A stretch of DNA of 64,000 bases from Octopus vulgaris. Taxonomy: Eukaryota. Under the pieces are notes generated by a model. The model did no database searches. It was not told the origin of the DNA and was given only the letters and a program-made list of their open reading frames with translations. The DNA lies in contig OX597826.1 of assembly GCA_951406725.2 (NCBI GenBank), forward strand, positions 83,018,001-83,082,000. The letters are read 5' to 3'. Below are positions 28,223 through 41,467 of the stretch, in pieces. The position numbers were made by a program, and so were the translations under genes. Position 1 is the first letter of the stretch. Each line of letters begins with the position of its first letter.

Positions 28223-29059
28223 TATACAGATATCCCGGAAGTAAATGAACAGCATCATTTTTGTGAGATTTTTCTCCCAACAAAATAAAGTCATTTGATG
28301 TATTTACGTCCTTCAGCTTGGATTTAGCAGACATGACTTTTGCAGTTTTTAATGCCTGAACCCTTTTGCGCATCGAACTGGCGAGCAGGGTCCAAATAAA
28401 CAAAATGATATACTGGGATGTCTGTTTACTCTTGAGATGTTTGTGTGTATGGGTGGATGTGTGTGTGTGAGTATACGTCACAGGCATATGTGTATGTTGA
28501 TGTACATACACATACACACATACACGCATTAGTGTGCGTGGGTTGACTTATTTGCGTCATCACGTTTCTCTGTGCTACTCCACCTATGCTGATTCTGGAA
28601 TTTGATATAACGAACCTCACCGGAAGGAGATCCAGGGTTTGGTCAAAAAGGCAAGAACAGGTTCACCTTCAAAACGTAGTAAAAACAAACTTCCTGGTTT
28701 AGAACTGCGTGAGGTTTACAACAGCAAACCTCATGCGTTCTTCTTCATTTCTTGTGACAGGCTCAAGTTCTAAATCCGAGGCCGAACGCCAATTAAATTC
28801 AGTGAATTAATCACGGAGTATATTAGAAAGAGCATAAAGAATGAGGATGCCTTAAAACCGACTTATCTAGCGTACTAATCTTTCAGTTAGTCTGACACGA
28901 CACAAGTATAGCACATTACAATATACATATTTAATTGATCCTTTATTTGGTCGACTAAAATGTCATAGGAAGGCAGGAATTGTGCCATCCTACCTCTCCA
29001 AATCTATAATGCTTCAACTAAATTTAGTATACATTGTAATCATGTATAATGTTTTATGG

Positions 29060-29920
29060 CAGTAAACTCCAGCTGTTTGACTCCTTTCTTGACTAGTGTT
29101 CGTGTCATAGGGTAGAGGGGACATACTTATCAAACTTATTTTAGGTTAAAGCTAGTTAGTTGTAGTATGTTTCCCTTCAAGATAAAATTATTTTAATCTA
29201 TGATACTGTAAAATACAACCTAGCAAATATAGGAAGGTACAATGAATTAATTAGAACTATAAAATTAAATCAGAATCAGTTAAGAAAAACAGTAAGAAGA
29301 ATATTCTTTTACCCCTAGAAGAAATTAAATTAAGTAAAGTTACATTGCATAAAATCAGTTCTACTGTCGGTCTGTTTGCAGCTGATACTGTATATTACAT
29401 TTGCTCTTCCCTATGAAGAGGTAGACACCCTTGAAGGACAACTAAGTAAATAAAATTAACATATTTATATAATTAGGGTGCACTAATCAATAGTTTGTTT
29501 ATTCGGGAGAGCTTGGAAGATTCTTCTAAATAAATGAGATCAGTGTAACATTAATCTGTTCCACTATTTTATGAGGTGAGAGTTGCATCTAAGTAACTGG
29601 AGTGTTTCCTCGAGTTATAAATTACACCTAACATTACCGCCATTATTTGCTAAGGCTCTGCCTATTATACACCATTCAATATGGTATTTAATATCCTCTT
29701 TGAGGCTTCAAATAAACTTACTTAATAAAGTAACGCTTTCTTTCATTTCTGTATTGAAATGAAGACTTATGATTCTATAATTACGATTACAATTTTTTTG
29801 CGCAAACTTCTTTATAAAAAAGATTTCACTGGATTTTCCAAAACATTTATAACTTGTATTTTTTCATAGGCATTGGTTATTCAAGGGACAGTCTAGGCGG
29901 TTTCGACTACTACATAATTT
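29060..29920 (-). pseudogene. Second, degenerate Penelope-like GIY-YIG remnant with 3' UTR
   Basis: CSSRNRLDCPLNNQCL, YRNHKSSF, LSKFI*SLKEDIKYHIEWCIIGRA, RCNL*LEE and H*SH align colinearly with the 906-1415 ORF. A decayed HHR-like tgataag...aaacagctg lies at ~29070-29133. Confidence 0.75.
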
Positions 29921-31163
29921 GCTAAATCTGTCATAAAATAAGTTCCCGTTCGATAAGTTCACATTCCTTCTGTTACTTATTTGAGATGTTGAGCACGGAC
30001 CATTCCCCATGTCATGACACCATACGTTTGTCATACAGATACTTTCCTTAAATGAATTACATATCCTTGATTCCATTTCTTTCTGCCTGTTTGCTTTGTT
30101 GTTCTTTCTTTTCTTGAATTCTCCTGTTGTTTGAGTAACTTTTGGCACATCTCTACCTGCTGATAGAATTGTTTCTCACTCTGCACAGCATAAATTTTCA
30201 AACAAAACATCGCAGATTCAAAACCTCTGTAATACACAGTCTGACTAATTGCTTCAACCTACCAACCTCAATATTCGTGGGAGCTGAGTTCAAATCGCGC
30301 AAATTTATAAAGGTCATTGAAAAATTCCATTCCTCTAATATATCTTAATATTTAATTAAATGTGATCTATTTAAACGGGTGGAGAAGATGACTTTTGAGA
30401 ATGGGTTGACCTGATAGCTATTCTAAGACGAGAAGAGGGAAGTTACTTTCAAACCGAAGACCTGGCCCAAATACCAAAGCGTGATGGACCCTACTAAAAG
30501 CACTAAGGATCCAGGTTGTGATGTTTATCCTGGCGACTATTTACGTCTATCACCCAAAATTTTGAGCGTTTAATTTGGCGGCTTCCTACACAACTTCTTT
30601 CAACCCATTTTAGCTTCTGAGGATTGTGTGACTCCGAGAATCTAAAGAGACAGCTGCTCAAAGTGCTACTTATTGGAATTGTTACAGTAACCACGTAGAA
30701 ACTTTTTAAGCAGAGAATTATGCCTGTGTCTATTTGATATTTCAGCTTAGTAATGTTCTACCGTCTCCAAGCTATGCTGTAAGAAATTGAAATCTTTATT
30801 AATCAGAAATTAATCTCAAACTTTTGTAATTAAAAGATATTTCTTTAGTCAGCAGGAGAAACATTTGTTAATTACAATAGTAATGAGATTTTTTAAATCA
30901 TAGATTAAGCTTTGGTTCCTCAATTTTAAGTATTTCTGCTACAAAAATGTTTTAAAAAGCGGAATCTCTTGAAGAATATCTGACCTTCAGGAAAGTACTT
31001 CGATATTTTCGATCATTTATTATTTATGAGTACAAGTAAATTACGGGGGGATGTCAATTTAATTTATTTGGATTAGAGAGATTATCCATATGGTGTATGA
31101 CTGGTCGTGCGATTGAATCAGATTTTTTATTGTTTACCGTACAAGATATCCAATGGCAGTTAG

Positions 31164-31257
<94 letters not shown>

Positions 31258-31275
31258 CATACACATGCATATAAT

Positions 31276-31535
31276 AGGCGCCGGCATGGCTGTGTGGTAA
31301 GTAGCTTACTTACTAGCCACATGGTCCCGGGTTCAGTTCCACTGTGTAGCACTCTGGGCAAGTGTCTTCTACTATAGCCTCGAGCTGACCAAAGCCTTGT
31401 GAGTAAATTTGGTAGACGGAAACTGAAAGAATCCCGTTGTATATATACATGTATATATGTATGTTTGTGTGTCTGTGTTTGTCCCATTTCATCACTTGAC
31501 AACCAATGTTGGTGTGTTTATGTCCCTGTAACTTA
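31276..31535 (+). mobile_element. tRNA-derived SINE, family A (3'-truncated)
   Basis: Head ggctgtgtggtaagtagc...gggttcagttccactg and ggcaagtgtcttctactatagcc. Preceded by (GATA)n. Confidence 0.85.
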
Positions 31536-31751
31536 ATTTAAAAGTATGACAAATGAAAGCACGAGCATAGTTGTGGGTTTCAGAAGGACACATGAAAGCC
31601 ACATGTTTCCTGGTCCGATTGCGCCTCACCCCAGGCAATTGTCTTCTGTCATTGCCTCAGCTTCACTAATATCTTTTGAACGGGATTTCGTTGATGAATG
31701 TCTTGCAGAAGGCGGACATATGTATGCCATTATTCAGTTTTACTTCAAGAT

Positions 31752-32220
31752 TTCTTACCAATAGAGAAAGAGCTGGTTTCTAACCTAGATCCAAGGCTCT
31801 TCCTCGGAATTTCAACAGCATCAACAGGATATTTTTGTATGTATATATGTACGTATGTATGCATGTATATTTGTTGATTTATATGTTTTGTTTTATGTAT
31901 ATATCTCACGCATATACTTGCATATCTAGACATGCACGTATAAACTTAAATAATAAACTGCTGGAAAGTTTTACAGATTTTTACAGTTCCAGTGATTGCT
32001 TGGACCGGCAGTTTTTGAATCAGCTTTCTCCTTTCCAGTTTTGAGAAGCCTAATTTCTCAAGATTGTTATTTAGGCAGTGCGTTACATATCCCCAATAAT
32101 TATGGATATATCCGAACTAGCAATCTGGATAGAATAGCTGTAGATTCCTCAATGGTTAAGTGTAGGTATTTTCTTTTTCGCTGATCTTTGGATTTATTTT
32201 AATATCCGCTGAGCAGTTAA
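31752..32220 (-). pseudogene. 3' end of an RLE-type non-LTR retrotransposon (distinct from the Dong-like copies)
   Basis: NCSADIKINPKISEKENTY...LRNLQLFYPD...IIIG...KLGFSKLERRKLIQKL..QAITGTVKICKTF*, resembling an RLE C-terminus, followed by a UTR. Confidence 0.6.
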
Positions 32221-33179
32221 CATATGTACGTATGTATGCGTATGTGTGTGTGCATGTATGTTTGTATGTGTGTGTGTATGTGTGTGCATGTGTATGTTTG
32301 AGTGTGTTCATATGTGTGTTTGTATGTTGTATGTGTGTGGGGGTGCGTTTTTGTTAGCGAAGGATGTAAATATCGGCCTAAAGGAACAAAATACCGAAAT
32401 GGATTCCGATATTTGCTTCAGGCATTTCTGTTTCAGTATCGTCGTCAGAAGCGCAATGAAGTAATGCTTAACGTTCGAAGCCTGTCCCTAATCATGTTAT
32501 TGTTGAAATATTGTGATTTAAAATATATAAGAAAACTTTAACTAATTTTGTGGCCATACTCACTATGCAAGATGGATCGATTCAACAGGTCATCTTACGA
32601 ATCATACATTAATCCCACAGCTCCTTCTTCTGTGTCTTGTTGAAAATGTGCCTGGCTCCTTACAACAAGGCCACGTGTAAAGTGAAGCGCAGGGGACAGA
32701 ATGCGATACAGATCGATAATCGAACCAGCTGCATTCTATACTAGACACAAATAAATATAATGACCTATTAGAGACTAGAAGCTATAACTGAAGATTTTAC
32801 TTCTTATTATTTTGTAAGTTGGGTAAGTCAATCTAGTGGAGTCCTGATTTAATCAGACTTTACCGAGTAAAGTGCTTGAATTTAGTTGTGTAAGCTGAGA
32901 GGTACAACGTAAAACGTGGGTGCAGCCATCTTCATTTTAACTGCATACAAAAATGAGTGAGTAAACATCAATTATTGTGTTCTTGAGAAATTACCGGCAG
33001 ATGAGACGATCTCATTACCGAAAATATCCCACAATATGAAGATAATTAAAATCGTGGGTGATACGCGGACATCACAAAGATATTTGTTATTCATCCACCT
33101 AGAGAACTGAGTGTTTCCCTTCTTTAATATGTCGTATGCGCTCGCGCATGCGTGTGAGATGTATATGCCTGTGTGTATG

Positions 33180-33221
<42 letters not shown>

Positions 33222-33285
33222 CATACACATATAATATATATATGTGTGTGTGTGTGTGTGTGAGTGTGTGTGTGCATAGATAGAC

Positions 33286-33354
<69 letters not shown>

Positions 33355-33374
33355 TACATACACATACATATAAT

Positions 33375-33795
33375 AGACTCCGGCATGGTTGTGTGGTAAG
33401 TAGCTTGCTTAACAACCACATGGTTCCGGGTTCAGTCCCACTGTGTAGCACTTTGGGTTAGTGTCTTCTACTATTGCCTTGGGCTGACCAAAGCCTTGTG
33501 AGTGCATTTGGTAGACGGAAACTGAAAGAAGCCCGTCGTATATATATGTGTGTGTGTGTGTGTGTGTGCGTGTGTGTGTGTCTGTGTGTATACGTTTGTG
33601 TATTTGTGTTTGTCCCCCATCATCACTTGACAACCGATGTTGGTGTGTATATGTCCCTGTAACTTAACGGTTCGGGAAAAGAGACCGATAGGATAAGAAC
33701 TAGGCTTACAAAGAATAAGTCATTGGGTCGATTTGTTCGACTAAATGTGGTGCTCTAGCATGGCCGCAGTCAAATTACTGAAATAAATAAAAGGA
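33375..33795 (+). mobile_element. tRNA-derived SINE, family A (near full length)
   Basis: tRNA-like head, internal (TG)n, tail ...catggccgcagtcaaattactgaaa. Confidence 0.87.
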
Positions 33796-33798
33796 TAT

Positions 33799-34304
33799 AA
33801 TTGAAGAAATTGGCATCAACAAGAAGGAGTTATTTTTCAATTGCTACAATTGTTCCGACGCAACATAATTCTCCAGGTATAACAGGTATTTGATTCTGCA
33901 ATTGTTTGTTTGCATAATGAGATGTAGTTGTGTTTCTTCATGTGATCTGCGAGTGTGGTTAGCCTTAGTTTAAGATCGTCGACTTCAAGGCCATCCCCTC
34001 CGTCCGTCGTGGTTTGCAGTCCACCAAACTCACTCTGGCATCACGCACCATCAGTCGATCAGCTACTACTAAATCCAAACCTCGACGAACGAAGAGGATG
34101 GCCTGAAGTCGACGATTTTAAACTAACGGAGATAACACTCTCATATCACCTGAGGAAACACAACTAGATCTCATTATCAAAATAAACAATTGCATAATCA
34201 AATACCTGTATACTTCGAGAACTTCGTTCCGTCGAAACAATTGTAGCGATTAAAAAGTAAATGTCCAACCGCACTCCTTCTTCCTGATTTCAATTTCTTC
34301 AATT
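33799..34304. repeat. Long inverted repeat / fold-back (MITE-like) element
   Basis: Arm 33799-34016 is the diverged reverse complement of 34076-34304 (e.g. aattgaagaaattg/caatttcttcaatt, atcgtcgacttca/tgaagtcgacgat, acaggtatttgatt/aatcaaatacctgt). Spacer about 60 bp. Confidence 0.88.
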
Positions 34305-34429
34305 TTACTTTCACACACGATGAATGCCCAAACTTAATCTTGGAAGTATATAAGACTACCTGATAGTATGGGTAATTTTGAAAGTGGACGAACTTTATAC
34401 TCTACCACGTTCCTAACGGAATATACCAT

Positions 34430-34489
<60 letters not shown>

Positions 34490-34491
<2 letters not shown>

Positions 34492-34790
34492 TTGAGAGGC
34501 AGGTGTTCTGTATATAGAATACATTTTGAAGTGCTCAAAAGATTTGAACTTGAGCCGGTTGATGAGTAAATGTAACGAGAAGCAAGTTAGGCAATTCGAT
34601 TTACACAGAACATGGATATGGATATCAAGTATGGATATCAAGTAGTCTGACTTACAGAACATAAATGATATCAGGAGTTAAATGGGCTGAGTTTTACAAG
34701 TCCAACAGCTGTTTCTGGGGGCTTGGTGTTCCGGAATGATGATAGCTACTTGGATCTGTTAACACCGCCTCCGTGTTCGGGGGAGAATTT
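34490..34790 (-). mobile_element. PLE pLTR-like fragment ending in (CA)n, with decayed HHR
   Basis: Minus strand: ccgaaca (cf. CTGAAGA) cggaggcggtgtt...aacaccaagccccca GAAA cagctgtt at 34704-34780. Abuts (TG)n at 34433-34489. Confidence 0.5.
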
Positions 34791-34808
34791 TACATTTGAG
34801 GAGTTGAC

Positions 34809-34846
<38 letters not shown>

Positions 34847-36094
34847 CATACTCACGAATGTATGCATGTGTATATTGTGAGTGTATGAGTATATGTATTT
34901 ATGTATGTTTGTGCATGTGTGTGTGTGTTTTAACACGCCATTTACATTATCAAGTCTTCATTTGAAATGTCTTCCGTTATCCTCAACACTATTATCGTTA
35001 CTAACATCACCAGGCAACATCAGTGATATCCAGTCATCTATTTCAGAAGACGTGTGGCACGGGTGAACAATAGAAACTCATAAACCTTTGTATCAAATGA
35101 GCACAGCTCATTACTTACGCAAAACGTTCACGAAATAGTAACTATAACAGTGATGGAAACGACAAGAGCTGGGAGTGCTGCAAGAGTAGCTGAATAGCTA
35201 TTCATTTGACACACATCCACTTAAGACAGACAGTAGATTGGTAGCGGAGACATTAAGAGAATGTTCTTCGATAGTTCTTGGCATCCATTAAACGACGGAC
35301 CTAATAAACAAAGAAAAGAGATTTGGATGAAGAAAAATTAGAAGGAAAGCAAGAAAGAAATAACGGGTGGAATAAAGAAAAGAAAGGAAGAGAGAAGTAA
35401 AGAAATGTTATTAGTTATTAGTTTTCTTATTCGAATAAAAGGTGTGTAACTGTCACCAAGTAACCTTTGTCTCTCGCTCTTTCTTTCTTTCCCTCTCTTT
35501 CTTTCTTTCTTTCCTTCTTTCTCAGGTTTGGCAAATGCTATTGAAGTAATCGGCATCTGATGTATAAAACTAAGCCACGTGATCAGTATAACGTTGGCAG
35601 CTTAACCATCAATAAAATTTAGTCATCTCTCGCTCTCGTTCAGAGATTCTAAATGTAGAATTTGCCGAGAAAGGAGGCACTTATTTCAAGAGCTGAGAAA
35701 ATCTTTTGTATTTATCTAATGTTTACAATCTTACATTCATTTTGTTTTGTTATTGTAATTTGCATGTTTGTTATATTTATTGTTGTTGTTTGTTGCGAGT
35801 TACAGGCACTGAGAGTGTGCTAGACAGAAGAGTAGGAAGGCAAGCAACTATAGATTCCTGTATTAGGAGATTATAAATCCTATGGGGTCAATGACAAACG
35901 AGAGAGGAAGGGAGGCAGAGGGGGGAGGGCTGGTGGCTAATGATCAAAGAGAGACAGACAGAGAAAGAAACAATAAGAGAGGGAAGTAAATAGTACAGAG
36001 AAAGAGGAAAGAGTATCGTGTTGAGATATAAAGAAAGGAGAAAGCGAGAAAGGGGATAACGATGAACAAAGGGATGGATGTGATAAGGGAAGAC

Positions 36095-36194
36095 NNNNNN
36101 NNNNNNNNNNNNNNNNNNNNNNNNNNNNNNNNNNNNNNNNNNNNNNNNNNNNNNNNNNNNNNNNNNNNNNNNNNNNNNNNNNNNNNNNNNNNNN
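36095..36194. other. Assembly gap (100 N)
   Basis: Run of exactly 100 N, usually a gap of unknown size. Confidence 0.99.
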
Positions 36195-36223
36195 TATTTA
36201 CTTGTTCACTATTACGATTTCAC

Positions 36224-36284
<61 letters not shown>

Positions 36285-36811
36285 ATTATATTATTACTAT
36301 AATGCCTAGAGGTCCTAATATTGTTTCTCCCGGTTTCTTTAGATAGCAAATGATGGTAGATTTACGGCTGTTGGTTTAGCTATTGATGTTGCTATAACAC
36401 TAATTGGCAGAATTGGCTTGTTGTGTCTACTAATACAGGCTGTTTGATTTGACTGGTAGTTGACAGGCCTGATGGTGGATTGGTTGATTTTTGAGAGAAG
36501 CGTTGACAAGTTGAACATAGCAGAGCTAAAATATAGAAATCTATGAACAACATCTCAGAGTTTTAACAAATGTAAAGTAATCTAGTTTAAGACATTTTTG
36601 GGGAGCCGTTAAACAGCCATTCCATCATCATGACTGCTTACAGTAGCACTGAAAAATGATTGGGAGAGAAGTGGGGAGAGATAGAGGGCGAAGAGGAAGC
36701 AGGTTACCTCGCTGAAATTCCAGCGGGGTTACAAATTTACGTATAGAAATCTCGAATTTTAAGAGGAGCTATTTTTATTGTCTTTATCATTATTATCATT
36801 ATTATTATTAT

Positions 36812-36862
<51 letters not shown>

Positions 36863-36900
36863 GAGGAGGAGGAGGAGGAGGAGGAGGAGGAGGAGGAGTA

Positions 36901-39062
<2,162 letters not shown>

Positions 39063-39064
39063 AC

Positions 39065-39096
<32 letters not shown>

Positions 39097-39098
<2 letters not shown>

Positions 39099-39430
39099 GA
39101 GTGAGAGAGCAGTTCATGCCATCAAAGTGACACTGGGGTAAAATATACGAAGCCCAGTATACCCATCATGACTACCCGTCTGATAAGGGTACACCAAGCA
39201 CATGCATCACAACCATATGTGCGCGACATGGTGATCTCATATCAAGATAAACAGCACATGACCTTGCAGGTGGGGCCCAGTTAAAAATTTCTTCAGGTTG
39301 AGTAGCCCATCCCGCTCAAAAGGTCCCTGAATAAGGGTTGTTTAAGGATGTTGAAAGGACCACCCATGTTTCCAGGGGTGAATTATTCAAACCCCAAAGA
39401 ATCCCTCTCATCAAACCCCAAAGAATCCCT

Positions 39431-39434
<4 letters not shown>
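39097..39434 (-). mobile_element. Truncated copy of the (TAA)n-associated non-coding element
   Basis: Matches 36901-37215. Flanked by (TTA)n, with a 24-bp tandem duplication at the truncated end. Confidence 0.85.
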
Positions 39435-39519
<85 letters not shown>

Positions 39520-39546
39520 CATTATCACTATTATTATTATTATTAT

Positions 39547-39594
39547 TCAGTAGTTTTATTTTTATAGCGTGCTTTCACTTCACTACCGAGCGCC
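39547..39594 (-). mobile_element. Extreme 3'-terminal fragment of the Dong-like element
   Basis: tcagtagttttatttttatagcgtgctttcacttcactac is identical to 37601-37640 and embedded in (TTA)n. Confidence 0.8.
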
Positions 39595-39598
39595 ATTA

Positions 39599-39663
<65 letters not shown>

Positions 39664-39774
39664 TTCTTGTGCCCCAGCATGGCCACAGCTCGTGAACTGA
39701 AACTAAATCAAATCAAAATATTATTAGACTGTTTGAAAAGAAAAGCTCTTAACATCGGGCTACAACAAGTAAAC

Positions 39775-40100
39775 TTAGGTGCCAAGAACCCTCCTAAATA
39801 TCCTAGCTGTCCCCAATAACACTGTTTTCTGAAGCTGTATTAAACAGGGGTTTTATGCCTATTTTCTCTATCCATCTGTTGAAATATTTAGGGATAGTTC
39901 CCAATTCATCTATAACTATTAGGATACATTTTACCCGCTCTCTCCATATCTCCATAGTCTCTGTGATTCAATGACCAGGTCCTGGTACTTTGCTATTTTT
40001 TCTAAACCTCTCATATTGATTTTTTTTATCATTTGAAACTGTAAAGTCAATTATCTGGCACATTCTATTCTATTTATCTACTGCTGCTAAATCAGGTCTT
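39775..40100 (-). pseudogene. Degenerate R4/Dong-like RLE C-terminal fragment
   Basis: RPDLAAVDK...QIIDFTV...EKIAKYQDL...LQKTVLLGTARIFRRVLG. Adjacent to (TCA)n/(TTA)n. Confidence 0.75.
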
Positions 40101-40134
40101 ATCACCATCATCATCATCATCATCATCATCACCA

Positions 40135-40181
<47 letters not shown>

Positions 40182-41410
40182 GTTGTTGTTGTTGTTGTAC
40201 ACTACGGTCGAAGTTCAGATGTTATTAACTCGTTTCGAATAAAAGCATTCTATTAAATGAAATAACGGTTTTGTCACGAATTTCTTGTGTACATATATGT
40301 TCTAAAACCTAGTTTCCCCCTACAGAGGGTAACTAAAAAAGTAAGGCTGTTGTTTTGGTTTTTTTTTGGATAATATTTACTTTTCTTTTACGTCTCTAAC
40401 ATAGCTGCGAATATTTCGCGAAATACACATAGACAAAAAAAAAAGAAAAAGTAGAGAATGAAACGTATGATAAATAGAGAAGAAACCAGAAAAGAATAGC
40501 GTTTTAATTACGCCGCAAAATACTAAAGGTCATTAGGACAAACAGCAGAATTTTAACATCGAATTTAAATATAATCAAATGGAAATGTTGTCAACAACAA
40601 CAAAAGCAAGAGAAGAATTCATGCACACATGATGCCAAGTGTAAATATGAAGAACAGAACGCTATACACGGCAGACGTTTTCTTTTTCAAAAACACCTCA
40701 ATGTAGAGCATTTTGCTGAGAGGCCAAAGTAAAGCATCATTTGACGGACGATTCCAACCTAGCACAACCAATCGAAGAGGTGTGCGATAGAAGGTAAGCA
40801 AATTACTTGTGCTTTTCTAGGTTCACTGGACATTTTTATTTTATTTTTTTGCTTTGCTGAAGCAGGAGTTGGAAGATGGAGTTGACAATGAAAGCTCCAG
40901 CGTTTGTAGGAACAGAACCATCAACATGTATCAGATTTAAATTTGATAACGAGACGGAAGCAGAATCCAACCTTGTACACTGAACACCTTTCCATAAGCT
41001 GGATCCACACTACTTGGTCCATCGTCAGGGATACGGTGATGATGTTCACCCTTAGGTGCTAGTACAATATTGTGTGCCGGTGGCAGTAAGGGATTGGATG
41101 TGATCGAGATAGGCGTGCAAGTTACCATGACCTGGAGAGACGACGAAGCAATTCTCCTATGGAGGGTGATTAATAAAACACCTTAAAACTGAGCATCAAG
41201 GGTTGACAACCCAGCTGCCGCACTTGTGGTAACTAAACCTGTCTAAAGACTTTCTGCACAGAACAATTAAGAGAACGAAAGTAACAGCAAACGAATCGTG
41301 AGGGTTGTTGATTCCAGATACAAGTCAGTCAGTTATTAAAATTGCCCGGTCCTCAATACTAGAAGCGAAAACCGAGACCCCCCAAACACACACACTCTGT
41401 CTGTATGTGT

Positions 41411-41467
<57 letters not shown>

